The notes under the pieces were generated by a model. That model was not told where the DNA came from and made no database searches. It worked only from the letters and a program-made list of their open reading frames with translations. Positions 16,607 through 25,997 of a stretch of 56,259 bases of DNA are shown piece by piece. Source of the DNA: Patescibacteria group bacterium. Lineage in GTDB: Bacteria; Patescibacteriota; UBA1384; XYA2-FULL-43-10; 1-14-0-10-43-13. The stretch covers positions 1 through 56,259 of the forward strand of contig JBAYVE010000006.1 in NCBI GenBank assembly GCA_041674765.1, read 5' to 3'. Positions within the stretch are counted from its first letter, which is position 1. Each line of letters starts with the position of its first letter. The position numbers were made by a program, and so were the translations under genes.

Positions 16607-16635
16607 TTGACACTACTACATAGTAGTAGTAATAT
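16607..16635 (+). promoter_or_regulatory. sigma70 promoter with inverted-repeat operator in the spacer
   Basis: TTGACA-17 nt-TAATAT; ACTACTA-CA-TAGTAGT at 16612-16627. Confidence 0.75.
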
Positions 16636-16639
16636 ACTC

Positions 16640-17085
16640 GCATGATCGAGATGTTCTTGATCATGTGCAAAGAAGTAAATCTTGCACCAGATTATCGGTG
16701 CAGAAGCTGTCGGTGTTGGGATAAGCTTCGTCTGCAAGAACGTTCATGTGGAACGTGTCCTGGGGTAGACAGATACAAAGAAGCCTACATAGTAGGTGAG
16801 CAGTCAACACTTGATAGGGGTGACTCTATGACGGGTCCGGAAACGGGGCCGACGTTTTAAATAGCTTGTCTAAGCGAACGGTGTTAGAAGGTGGGAAGTA
16901 GTAGTATTACAAGTACATCAATAACACTCCGTCTCTTAGATAATCTGGCCGGTCCAGTATCCCGCTACTGGCATCTACACGGTAACTAAACTGACATAGG
17001 CGGCTGCTATGTGTGCTAGGACTTGAGTGCGCTATCTGGCGGTGTAGCGTTCTGACGCTGGTTATATACAGTGATATAGCCGCCA
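16640..17085 (+). ncRNA. Candidate structured non-coding RNA / leader
   Basis: At least 8 hairpins visible by eye; no convincing ORF. Confidence 0.45.
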
Positions 17086-17105
17086 ATTTTTAAGACCAAA
17101 GTAAT

Positions 17106-17312
17106 ATGAAAAGACCAGCGATCAATCCCACGATTGAGCAGATAAAAGCATCGCGAGCAATAGCCGGGCTGACACAAAAGCAAGCTGCCGAGCTTGTGAT
17201 GTGTACGGCCAGAGCTTGGGAGCAGTGGGAGTGCGGCAATCGACGCATGCACCCAGGACTGTACGATTATTTTCTGACTAAAACTGGTCAAAAAGTACTT
17301 GATTCCGTTTAA
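17106..17312 (+). CDS. XRE-family HTH regulator, 68 aa
   Basis: IKASRAIAGLTQKQAAELV...RAWEQWECGNRRM. Confidence 0.85.
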   Translation: MKRPAINPTIEQIKASRAIAGLTQKQAAELVMCTARAWEQWECGNRRMHPGLYDYFLTKTGQKVLDSV

Positions 17313-17327
17313 GAACAATGTTATAAA
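17299..17327 (+). promoter_or_regulatory. Second late (PR'-like) promoter
   Basis: TTGATT-17 nt-TATAAA with TG extension. Confidence 0.5.
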
Positions 17328-17361
17328 GTAATTTCTAATGTGGGTAAGTGCCCACAAAGAT

Positions 17362-17395
17362 AACCCGCTTGGCTTAATTGCTCTGCGGGTTTTTT
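17362..17395 (+). terminator. Intrinsic terminator ahead of lysis genes
   Basis: AACCCGC...GCGGGTT plus T tract. Confidence 0.75.
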
Positions 17396-17465
17396 ATTGC
17401 CTAAATTTTATCAATCAACAGTGTGATTATTATCACATTCAAAGAGCAAATGAAGGGGTAGCATC

Positions 17466-17891
17466 GTGCGGGGACTTTTTAAATTAAACGATGACGTGCC
17501 GGAAATGAAAAGCAAAATAGCTGATATGCAAGGGGAGTTGGAAGAGCACCGCAAAAAGCATGTTTTGTGCGAGAGTAACCACGAACAGCATAGCAAGTAC
17601 CGAAGAGAAAATGATGAGAAGTTGGGGCATTTGATCGAATGTGTGAAAGAGAATACAAAAGCGTCTCTTCATGGTGGTAAAACCCTTGAGGAAATACTTG
17701 GCATATTGAAAGAAAATGCCCCCGAGATAAATTACGTTAAAGAAAATAGAACAATAATAGATAGGACCAGAAACAAGTACATCACTGCAGACACCATCAA
17801 AGGATGGGCGGCATACCTGAGCATAATGATCGGCGGTATATCTGCAGTTTACGGCGTGATCCATTTCATTAAAAACCACCTAATAACATAA
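17466..17891 (+). CDS. Putative holin / membrane-anchored lysis protein
   Basis: Coiled coil plus C-terminal TM; first lysis-cluster gene. Confidence 0.5.
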   Translation: MRGLFKLNDDVPEMKSKIADMQGELEEHRKKHVLCESNHEQHSKYRRENDEKLGHLIECVKENTKASLHGGKTLEEILGILKENAPEINYVKENRTIIDRTRNKYITADTIKGWAAYLSIMIGGISAVYGVIHFIKNHLIT

Positions 17892-17894
17892 TCG

Positions 17895-18476
17895 ATGATA
17901 CCTGTAGCAATAGCAAAACCACTAGCAGAACTGGCATTGAAGTACGGAAGCAAAATGCTCGTTGGTTTGGTTGTTTCGCTATTCCTGATAGGCGTTTATA
18001 TTTATCACAGAAACCAATTGTTAGAGGAAGGCAAGGCAATTGAGCGTGCTGATTGGCTAGAGAAAGAAGCCAAAGAAAAAGCGGCCTTGGAAAAAGAATT
18101 GGGTGCCGCGATAAGTAGAGTGGCGAAGCAGAACGAGGATAACGATATCAACACTATCAAGGTGCAAAATGAAAAAGATGCTGAAATTGACCGGCTTCGC
18201 AACGTGCTTGCTGATAATGCTAAGCGGGTGCGAATCAGTGCAAAGCAGGAAAATTGTGCTGCAGGAACATTGCGTGGACAAGCCGGTGGTGCAGAATTCG
18301 CTAGTGAATCCCCCGGTGAGTCTGGAGTTGGAGGGACTGGAGCAAGCAATCAATCGCTTGACGAAAACCAGATAAATCAATTGACTTACGGCCTTTGGAT
18401 TGAGCGCGAGGAATTGAAGGTGCACTTAAAGGCATGCACTAAGAAACTTAAAACGCTGGTCGAAGTAGCTCACTGA
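17895..18476 (+). CDS. Rz-like inner-membrane spanin
   Basis: N-terminal TM, coiled coil, embedded lipoprotein gene. Confidence 0.8.
   Translation: MIPVAIAKPLAELALKYGSKMLVGLVVSLFLIGVYIYHRNQLLEEGKAIERADWLEKEAKEKAALEKELGAAISRVAKQNEDNDINTIKVQNEKDAEIDRLRNVLADNAKRVRISAKQENCAAGTLRGQAGGAEFASESPGESGVGGTGASNQSLDENQINQLTYGLWIEREELKVHLKACTKKLKTLVEVAH
18169..18375 (+). CDS. Rz1-like outer-membrane spanin, embedded
   Basis: Lipobox LSGC at residue 21; wholly inside the Rz-like gene in another frame. Confidence 0.8.
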   Translation: MKKMLKLTGFATCLLIMLSGCESVQSRKIVLQEHCVDKPVVQNSLVNPPVSLELEGLEQAINRLTKTR

Positions 18477-18477
18477 G

Positions 18478-18915
18478 ATGGGAAGATTCATAACTGATCT
18501 GGAAACCAAATATATTGGTAATGGATATTACGAACTTCTTTCGCCTCTTATCTATGAGTCAAAGACATTCGGTTATGTGATTGCCCCCGCCGGGTTCAAG
18601 ACAAACTTTGCAAGCGTGCCGAGATTGCCAATCGTGTATATGATTTTCGGCGGCTTGGGTCCTAAAGAATCGACGATTCACGACTGGTTATATACGCCAC
18701 CGCATGTTAAAGACAAATATTGCAACATGTCCGTAAGCAGGTCGGAAGCTGACAAAATTTTTAGGGGTGCAAGATACGCTTGCGATAGGGTTTCCCTTGA
18801 GGATTATGAGCAGGTAAGCGTCATCAGTATTGCGAAAAATATATGGGCGTACATTGGAGCCTGGATGATGTGGGTTGCGGTGAGTCTGTTTGGCTGGCGC
18901 CATTGGAAAAAATGA
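18478..18915 (+). CDS. DUF1353-like protein
   Basis: APAGFKTNFASVPR, IHDWLY, RSEADKIF. Confidence 0.85.
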   Translation: MGRFITDLETKYIGNGYYELLSPLIYESKTFGYVIAPAGFKTNFASVPRLPIVYMIFGGLGPKESTIHDWLYTPPHVKDKYCNMSVSRSEADKIFRGARYACDRVSLEDYEQVSVISIAKNIWAYIGAWMMWVAVSLFGWRHWKK

Positions 18916-19271
18916 ATATGAGATATGTGGTTGTCATGATTGCTCTTATGTTATCTGCAATCGTGTTTTGCATCGAGGCTAATGCAGCAGAGTACGTTGA
19001 TATCCGGTGCTGCGTTGAAGTGAAGCGCTACAAAAACGGCAAGATAATACGCAGCAAGGCGGCTGTCGAAGCTTTTGAGCGGATGTACCCATTGCCAGCA
19101 GGGATCAGCAGAGATGATTATCAAGTAGATCACGCTGTTCCTCTGGTGTGCGGTGGCGTGGATGAGCCGGTGAATATGATCTGGATGCACAAATCAGCAA
19201 AAACATGCGCAGAAGATTATTGTCAGGATCGGCATGAGCGATTAACGATGTGTGGGATCAAGAATAAATGA
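18912..19271 (+). CDS. HNH-type nuclease with signal peptide
   Basis: Signal peptide ending ANA; YQVDHAVPLVCGGVDEPVNM. Confidence 0.7.
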   Translation: MNMRYVVVMIALMLSAIVFCIEANAAEYVDIRCCVEVKRYKNGKIIRSKAAVEAFERMYPLPAGISRDDYQVDHAVPLVCGGVDEPVNMIWMHKSAKTCAEDYCQDRHERLTMCGIKNK

Positions 19272-19717
19272 TTGAACTATCTTTATTTAGGTTCCAATTA
19301 TCAGATGACTCAGTGATTGGATCATTAAGCATGAGAACGGACAAGGCTGAGGAATTCTTGTGCTACACGCTGGAAGATAAAGTTCGTGAGGTTCCGGGCA
19401 TACCGGTTAGAGAATGGAAAGTCTTCGGTAAAACCGCCATTCCAAAGGGTAAGTACGAAGTAAAGAAAACCAGGTCCACCAGATTCGGTAGAGATACGCT
19501 TCAATTAATGAATGTTCCTGGGTTTGAGGGCATAAGGATTCATGCAGGCAATACAAGCAATGACACGGAAGGCTGCATCTTGGTCGGGACATCAATAAAT
19601 ACTAATTCAATTAATGGATCTCAGTCTATATTGCAAAGCAGAGATGCTCTGCATAAGCTGGAGGCCAAATTATTCCCGATTCTGGATGATAATCAGCTTG
19701 TGTTTATTACGGTATGA
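19268..19717 (+). CDS. DUF5675-like putative endolysin
   Basis: CYTLED, TAIPKGKY, GIRIHAGNT..DTEGCILVG. Confidence 0.75.
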   Translation: MIELSLFRFQLSDDSVIGSLSMRTDKAEEFLCYTLEDKVREVPGIPVREWKVFGKTAIPKGKYEVKKTRSTRFGRDTLQLMNVPGFEGIRIHAGNTSNDTEGCILVGTSINTNSINGSQSILQSRDALHKLEAKLFPILDDNQLVFITV

Positions 19718-20202
19718 CCAACAAGTTTAGAAAGATAGTTGACTGGGAAGCAATGCGACCAGACTGGATGGCTGGCGTTAAATCAGTGCTCCAATTATCA
19801 GAAGAATATGGCGTATCGAGAGCAGCAATATTAAAGCACTGGGGTAAGGAAGGATTAGAGCGTGATCTGGCTGGGAATATCAAAGCTAAGGCTGCATTGG
19901 TCAAAGGATCTCCAGATCTGTTTGATAAATCTGGATTTGTATATGTGATTTACATAGATGACTCATCAAAGAATCGTTATTACAAAATAGGTATGGCTTC
20001 TGGATTTAGTTCAAGATTTAGTAATCATCAATGTGCGTCTCCGTTTGATATTTGTGTTGCATGCGTTTATTACGTCAACAACATGCGTTTAGAAGAAAGA
20101 ATTCTTCATGAGTTATACGCAGACAAAAGAGTTAAAGGTGAATGGTTCCAATTGGACATGGATGATCTGATAGCAATCTCTGCTAGATCATTATTGATAT
20201 GA
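19714..20202 (+). CDS. TerS-like HTH fused to a T5orf172/MUG113 GIY-YIG-like nuclease domain
   Basis: N-terminal ~63 aa align with the next gene's N-terminus; GFVYVI...YKIG...E..LH...RVKGEWF. Confidence 0.8.
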   Translation: MTNKFRKIVDWEAMRPDWMAGVKSVLQLSEEYGVSRAAILKHWGKEGLERDLAGNIKAKAALVKGSPDLFDKSGFVYVIYIDDSSKNRYYKIGMASGFSSRFSNHQCASPFDICVACVYYVNNMRLEERILHELYADKRVKGEWFQLDMDDLIAISARSLLI

Positions 20203-20783
20203 ATGAAAAAGACGCGGTTGATTGGTTAGCAGTAGAGGCAGACTATCGACCAAATAAATTATCTTTACGTGCAATTGGCGAGAAGTACGGATGCACTGAA
20301 GGTGCCATCCGCAAGCGTGCCAAGAAGGAAGGATGGGTAAGAGACTTATCTGAGAAGATCAAAAGCAAGGCTGATGATCTGGTACGCAGAGAGTTGGTAC
20401 GCAACAGTACGCAAACTGAGAAGGGTATTGTCGAAGCTAACGCACATAACAGCGCCACAATCCAGATTAATGAGCGCAAGGATGTATCAAGAGCAAGATC
20501 GATCGCAATGAGCCTCTTGGATGAGTTGGAATCACAGATAACAGATAAGTCATTATATTCAGATCTGGCAGAGTTATTGCAATCGCAAGATGGCGGCGTT
20601 CTTGATAAGTTGAATGAATTGTTTCAGAAAGTAACATCGTTCAGCGGGCGCACAGATAATATAAAGAAACTCAGCGAGACGTTAAAAACCTTAATCGATT
20701 TGGAGCGTAGGGTTTATAAGATCGATGAGGATAATTCGCAAGACACTTTTGAGGACTGGTTAAGAAAAGCTCGCAATGCTTGA
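20199..20783 (+). CDS. terS: Terminase small subunit
   Basis: DW..VEADY...SLRAIGEKYG...AIRKRAKKEGWVRDL; overlaps the terL start. Confidence 0.85.
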   Translation: MNEKDAVDWLAVEADYRPNKLSLRAIGEKYGCTEGAIRKRAKKEGWVRDLSEKIKSKADDLVRRELVRNSTQTEKGIVEANAHNSATIQINERKDVSRARSIAMSLLDELESQITDKSLYSDLAELLQSQDGGVLDKLNELFQKVTSFSGRTDNIKKLSETLKTLIDLERRVYKIDEDNSQDTFEDWLRKARNA

Positions 20784-22260
20784 GATAATTGATGACTTCA
20801 AGGAATTCGCGCCGAGCTTCCTGAAGGTTAAGAGCAAGGCTGGGCAGATTGTTCCGTTTCGCATGAATGTCGCTCAGGAATACATTCACTCAAAGCTCGA
20901 AGAGCAGCTAAAGAAAACCGGGATGGTCCGGGCGATAATTTTGAAAGGTCGGCAGCAGGGTTGCTCTACATACATCGAAGCCCGATTCTTTCATAAAACC
21001 ATAACCAATTTTGGTAAGAAAACATTCATTCTTACGCACGAACAGGCTGCTACCGCAAACCTGTTTGAAATGACCGATAGGTATTATCAGAACTTGCCGG
21101 AACGGTTGAAGCCAGAACTATCGGCATCAAATGCCAAGGAACTCAGCTTCAGAAAGTTGGATAGCAGTTTTGTTGTGGCCACGGCAGGTAATAAAGGTGC
21201 CGGTAGATCAGCAACGGCTCATCTGTTTCATGGATCCGAGGCGGCGTACTGGCCATCTGCAGAGGATCATCAAGCAGGGATTATGCAGACTATTCCGATG
21301 GAGCCGGGCACGGAGATCGTGCTTGAGTCTACCGCCAACGGAATTGGCAATATGTTCCATCGAGTTTGGCAGCAAGGCGAATCAAATGATGGTGGATGGA
21401 TAGCTATATTTGTTCCGTGGTTCTGGCAGCAAGAGTATCGTTATGAAGGTGTGGAGCTGGGGGATGAAGATTACAATTATGGGAAGATCTTCGGACTGGA
21501 CAAGCAACAAATGCAGTGGCGCCGGTACAAAATCGGGGAGTTAGGCGGTGATGTTAAGTTGTTCATGCGTGAGTATCCATCTTCCTCTGCTGAAGCATTC
21601 TCTGTATCAAGTGATAAGTCATTAATCGATTCATTCAAAGTCCAGTTGGCGCGAAAAGCTGTTGCGACACCAGACAGTTCTGCACCAAAAATTATAGGCG
21701 TGGACCCAGCTAGATTCGGTAACGATAGCACTTCAATGTTCATACGGCAGGGGAGAATTTCCGAGCGAATTAAGAAGGTTAAGGGAAAGGACACCATGGA
21801 GGTTGTGGGAGAAGTGATCTCCGCAATGAATACATATAAGCCGGATGCAGTGTTTGTTGATCAAGGTGGGATTGGCGCTGGTATCTATGACCGCCTAAAG
21901 GAGTTGGGCTATGTGAATGTGTTTGCTGTCAACTTTGGCGGTGATGCATTGGACAAAAAGAAGTATTACAACAAACGTTCTGAAATGTGGTGCTTGATGC
22001 GTGACTGGATTGTATCTCAGCCTGCGCAAATACCTGATGATGATGTGCTGGAAACAGACCTTTGCGGCCTGCATTATAGTTACGACTCTGACGGAAGGAC
22101 AAAGCTTGAATCAAAGGATGATGCGAAAAAAAGAGGTATTAAAAGCCCTGACGATGGAGATGCACTCGCGCTTACGTTCGCAATGCCGGTAAAGAGAAAA
22201 GAATTTAACAAAGGATCATTCGGTTCATTTAAACCATCTGTGACAGGATTCGGTGGGTAG
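20776..22260 (+). CDS. terL: Terminase large subunit
   Basis: ILKGRQQGCST, HGSEAAYW, ESTANG, GVDPARFGND, SPDDGDALALTFA. Confidence 0.95.
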   Translation: MLEIIDDFKEFAPSFLKVKSKAGQIVPFRMNVAQEYIHSKLEEQLKKTGMVRAIILKGRQQGCSTYIEARFFHKTITNFGKKTFILTHEQAATANLFEMTDRYYQNLPERLKPELSASNAKELSFRKLDSSFVVATAGNKGAGRSATAHLFHGSEAAYWPSAEDHQAGIMQTIPMEPGTEIVLESTANGIGNMFHRVWQQGESNDGGWIAIFVPWFWQQEYRYEGVELGDEDYNYGKIFGLDKQQMQWRRYKIGELGGDVKLFMREYPSSSAEAFSVSSDKSLIDSFKVQLARKAVATPDSSAPKIIGVDPARFGNDSTSMFIRQGRISERIKKVKGKDTMEVVGEVISAMNTYKPDAVFVDQGGIGAGIYDRLKELGYVNVFAVNFGGDALDKKKYYNKRSEMWCLMRDWIVSQPAQIPDDDVLETDLCGLHYSYDSDGRTKLESKDDAKKRGIKSPDDGDALALTFAMPVKRKEFNKGSFGSFKPSVTGFGG

Positions 22261-22291
22261 ATAGATCAAACTACAGAAGTACAACACACAT

Positions 22292-22313
22292 ACCCGCCTA
22301 GTGCGGGTTTTTT
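22292..22313 (+). terminator. Intrinsic terminator after terL
   Basis: ACCCGC-CTAGT-GCGGGT plus T tract. Confidence 0.75.
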
Positions 22314-22333
22314 GTTTTATAGGAGATGAAATT

Positions 22334-22660
22334 TTGGCAAAGATAGCAAAGTCGACAGCTAACCAAGCATCAATACAAGCCGCAGTTGGACCAGTTGTCC
22401 TTAATGGAGTAGTAGGATACACGGCGAAAATTTCGTCTCAATACATTCTTTTCTTCGATTTAGCGGCTGCGCCAGATGATGGAGCCGTTCCTGAGTTCAT
22501 GCTGTTAGTCCAAGCATCAAGCACATTTACCATAGATTTCGGATTCCATGGATATGAGTTTAAAAATGGATTGTACATATGCAATTCATCTACACAGCAA
22601 ACCAAAACCATTGGATCCGCAGACTGTTGGTTTAACGCTCAGATGAGGAGCAGCATCTAA
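22334..22660 (+). CDS. Small beta-rich putative virion protein
   Basis: AGGAG 8 nt before TTG 22334; YILFFD...PDDGAVP...GLYICNSST. Confidence 0.65.
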   Translation: MAKIAKSTANQASIQAAVGPVVLNGVVGYTAKISSQYILFFDLAAAPDDGAVPEFMLLVQASSTFTIDFGFHGYEFKNGLYICNSSTQQTKTIGSADCWFNAQMRSSI

Positions 22661-24468
22661 TGGCAAGTTTTTCAAATGGAGGAACTTCTGGGGGTGGCGC
22701 TCCCGGAGCTGATGGTGCTGACGGAGATTTTATATATCATGGTTACGCATCTGACTCGGCAGGTACTGATTTCTCGCTGTCTCCAGCAGTCAACCTCAAG
22801 TACATATCAATACTCAGATCGGAAGTTGAAATAGCGGTCCCAGATTTGGCAGACTTTGTTTCAGGATGGTATAAATATTTGGGTGATGATGGTGCCGCAG
22901 GTGCAGAAGGCTCTCCTGGAGCGACCGGGCCAGCTGGTCCAACAGGGGCAACCGGTCCACAAGGTCCTCAGGGCATTGATGGTACAGAAGGTCCGCAAGG
23001 TCCTCAGGGGATCCAAGGTGTGACAGGGGCAACAGGTTCAACAGGTGCTCAAGGATTAACCGGTCCAACCGGCGCTACAGGACCGACCGGACCAACAGGG
23101 GCGACCGGCGCTCAGGGTCCTACCGGTCCAACCGGCGCAACCGGGGCAACCGGTGCTGATGGCGTAACAATTCACTCTCTAATAGAAAAGCATTTCTACA
23201 AATTTGATACAGGTATATTAGACAATCGTCCCGGCGCCGGTAAAAGTAAGATCAATAACTCTACTGTAATAAGCGCAAGTCTAATCTTTATCGATGACAT
23301 TGATAATAATGGATTGAATCAGGAAGGCTGGATACAGTCAATCCGAGCAGGCGACAAGTTGGTCTACCGTGATATCACGGACACAACCACGTACATTACG
23401 GTGACATTTACTGATGTAGCGACAACGCGCGTTGATTACTGGGGCGTGCCTATAACAGCAACGGGCACAAAGCCGGCAGACGAAGAACCGTGCCTCGTGT
23501 ACTTTATCAGCAAGGGCGCAGAGAAAGTCCTAAGACTGTCAGGTGATTTTGCTTTCTGGAATGGCACGGATTTGGTTGATAGTAACGATGTTGTTATATC
23601 CAATCCGTTGACATATGCAACTTGCGAGGACAAGGGAACTCCGGCAACGTTTAGCGGCAAAACAGCGATAGTTGTTAACCCAGGGGATAATGCAGATGGG
23701 TTGCCTAACTCAATTTATTGCAATGGGTCGAAATGGCAATATATGGGAGAGGGCAAGATTGCTCAAGGTTGCCCAATGCTCAAGGTTACCGCTCCTGCTG
23801 CGACATTCATTGGTACTTATACACTTGCTAATTCAAGTGGGAATACGAGCGTAACAGGTGCTGGTGCTCATGGGTTAACGACCGCTGTATCGGTGTCCAC
23901 CACTAACCCAGTATATGTAAGAGTTTTGAGTGGTACAAATTGGGTTCCGGGTTTGTATAAACTCATATCGATCACAGATGCGGGCAGTCAACTAACTATT
24001 GACCATCCTTACTCTGCATCACTTGGTCAGCCAACATTCGCGCTAGTCGGGGCGTCAGTAGAGATAATCAGGCTAAAAATACCGTCTCTTTCTGTGACTG
24101 GCGGCGCTAAATTGGTTGCTACGTTTGATCATACTGCGGTAGCGACTGCAAGCAGAACTGTCGAGGTGCGGCATACAACAAATGGAGGCGCCGTAGATAG
24201 CGGAACAGCGCTCCTGTCACTAGCAGAGACGACGAATGCACCGATTTCCAAAGGTGAGTGGGGTTTCCGCAACCGAGCAGCAACTAACGTTAATCGTAAA
24301 TTGCATAGCTCAGGTGATGTGGATGGATGGGGATCGGTAAACTCCGGTTCATCTGGCGAGGGAGCAATAGAGACAAACGTAGTTACGAATATCGTTATGT
24401 CGGCAATTTTCGCTGCTGCAAACGATTCTGTTAATTTAGAAACATACGCTTTGTATAACACGCTATGA
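22660..24468 (+). CDS. Collagen-repeat fibre/spike protein
   Basis: About 30 consecutive Gly-X-Y triplets (~22890-23163); beta-rich C-terminus. Confidence 0.8.
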   Translation: MASFSNGGTSGGGAPGADGADGDFIYHGYASDSAGTDFSLSPAVNLKYISILRSEVEIAVPDLADFVSGWYKYLGDDGAAGAEGSPGATGPAGPTGATGPQGPQGIDGTEGPQGPQGIQGVTGATGSTGAQGLTGPTGATGPTGPTGATGAQGPTGPTGATGATGADGVTIHSLIEKHFYKFDTGILDNRPGAGKSKINNSTVISASLIFIDDIDNNGLNQEGWIQSIRAGDKLVYRDITDTTTYITVTFTDVATTRVDYWGVPITATGTKPADEEPCLVYFISKGAEKVLRLSGDFAFWNGTDLVDSNDVVISNPLTYATCEDKGTPATFSGKTAIVVNPGDNADGLPNSIYCNGSKWQYMGEGKIAQGCPMLKVTAPAATFIGTYTLANSSGNTSVTGAGAHGLTTAVSVSTTNPVYVRVLSGTNWVPGLYKLISITDAGSQLTIDHPYSASLGQPTFALVGASVEIIRLKIPSLSVTGGAKLVATFDHTAVATASRTVEVRHTTNGGAVDSGTALLSLAETTNAPISKGEWGFRNRAATNVNRKLHSSGDVDGWGSVNSGSSGEGAIETNVVTNIVMSAIFAAANDSVNLETYALYNTL

Positions 24469-25997
24469 CATTACCATACCTATCAGCATGTGACATTACA
24501 GGTAGTTCTGCGTTAGCGTCCCTTCCTGCTGCGCAGATGGTTCCAGGATTCTACTTCAAACCACACAACCTTCAGCCTCATTTTGCTGTAATCGAGGCCA
24601 TGTATACAGCCGCCGATTTAAGTGGGCGAACACAGGCGGCATGGAATACACGCCTAGATTGGGTGCAGGAAAGCATAAATTTCCGTGGATTCCAGTTATC
24701 GGTGCCATGGGGTTTGTACGAGACAGGGGTGAGCGGAGGGGATTTTAGCAATCTTTTATTGTTAAAAGAAATTGTTGATGAGCTGGAGTCCATAGGCAAG
24801 TATGCAATGCTGATGGTCTTTCAGTTTCGGGAATTCAGAAACCCTGATGTGTCCGGTATTGGCGTAGATAACCAAATGCGTTACCTTCTGCCTGCAGATA
24901 TGCGCACTCATCAGGGCGTTGTTGACTCCTTAACAATTCTTGCCTCACAAGGAATTACGCCACTATCAACAACAGGTAAGCCATCTAATGCTACTGGCGC
25001 TAATAATCAGTATGCGTATGATGCGGCAACGAATATGTTGTATGGCCCCAAGGCAAACGGTGTGTGGCCTAATGGTGCTGTGGACCCGATGCGTCAAAAC
25101 TTATGGGATTATGCTTACGGCTACCAGAAAGGACAGAATTCAAATTTTGGCTTTGAATTAAAGATATACGACTCATACGTTCAATCCAGGATGCTTTTGT
25201 TTGCCGAGGCGGTTGCTGATACTTTCAATGGCAGCTCTGCTGTGGTTGCTATAACAACGCACGAATCAGCAAATGCTGGACCAATGTACAGAGGTACCGC
25301 AGCCGGTAGTGTAGATGCAGACGGCTATGATGCAACGATTAGCCTGGTGGACACGCCAACAAACCCACGTAGGGCTGGGCTGGCTGGTAAGAGTGCGGTT
25401 CTAAAGGCAGCCAGGCCGCTATTCCCTAACAAAATATTCATGCAGGACATCAACGTCCCTCTTAATGGGTACAACTACGTAGCTGAATATTTTGGTTATG
25501 TGCTCGAACACAAGATGGGAGCCACTACTTCAGATGTTGGATGGTGGGAGCCTGATCTCAATGAATTGCCAGAGCCAACGCGCGGATGTCTGCCAAGAAT
25601 GGCTGATTACTCAGACCAGATACCTACATGTGCGCAGTGGCAACAGGATGGCTGGGATAGTGTTGTACATGACGCCCCAAGTATTACCAGTACCGCTGAT
25701 TACAACCAGAGATATGCTGATATTTATGCTCGAACCACAACAGGAAACGCTACTGTCGGTTTCGGTATGAATTGCCATATGTGTATTATCCAGTTAGAGA
25801 CGTCATACAATGTGTGGCTAGGTGGGAACACTCAGAATACTAATTCCGGGGCACTAATGTACAACTCTGCGGCACCAAACAACACGCCTATACCAAGCCT
25901 AAAAACATGGCTAAAAAACAAATTTACAGCAGAAGGCATAACGGATGGATCTGGCGGTTTATCAAAAACAGCAACTGACTTTATTGGCTATAGTTAA
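24465..25997 (+). CDS. Putative TIM-barrel glycoside hydrolase, possibly virion-associated
   Basis: [14 protein letters not shown]...GDFS and [11 protein letters not shown]...AITTHESA resemble clan GH-A enzymes; family not assigned. Confidence 0.55.
   Translation: MTLPYLSACDITGSSALASLPAAQMVPGFYFKPHNLQPHFAVIEAMYTAADLSGRTQAAWNTRLDWVQESINFRGFQLSVPWGLYETGVSGGDFSNLLLLKEIVDELESIGKYAMLMVFQFREFRNPDVSGIGVDNQMRYLLPADMRTHQGVVDSLTILASQGITPLSTTGKPSNATGANNQYAYDAATNMLYGPKANGVWPNGAVDPMRQNLWDYAYGYQKGQNSNFGFELKIYDSYVQSRMLLFAEAVADTFNGSSAVVAITTHESANAGPMYRGTAAGSVDADGYDATISLVDTPTNPRRAGLAGKSAVLKAARPLFPNKIFMQDINVPLNGYNYVAEYFGYVLEHKMGATTSDVGWWEPDLNELPEPTRGCLPRMADYSDQIPTCAQWQQDGWDSVVHDAPSITSTADYNQRYADIYARTTTGNATVGFGMNCHMCIIQLETSYNVWLGGNTQNTNSGALMYNSAAPNNTPIPSLKTWLKNKFTAEGITDGSGGLSKTATDFIGYS

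Noticed and set aside
16642-16860. 72-aa Cys-rich ORF
   Set aside because: Starts at the predicted TSS, no recognisable motif, and lies wholly in hairpin-dense sequence; leaderless translation cannot be fully excluded
16840-16900. Pistol-ribozyme-like words (TTAAATAG...CTAAGCG...GGTG)
   Set aside because: Spacing is too short for P2 and the pseudoknot partner is not in the upstream loop, judged from memory of the consensus; needs an Infernal search to revisit
16999-17085. tRNA gene
   Set aside because: A 7-bp closing stem is present but there is no TTC T-loop, D-loop GG spacing or anticodon arm geometry
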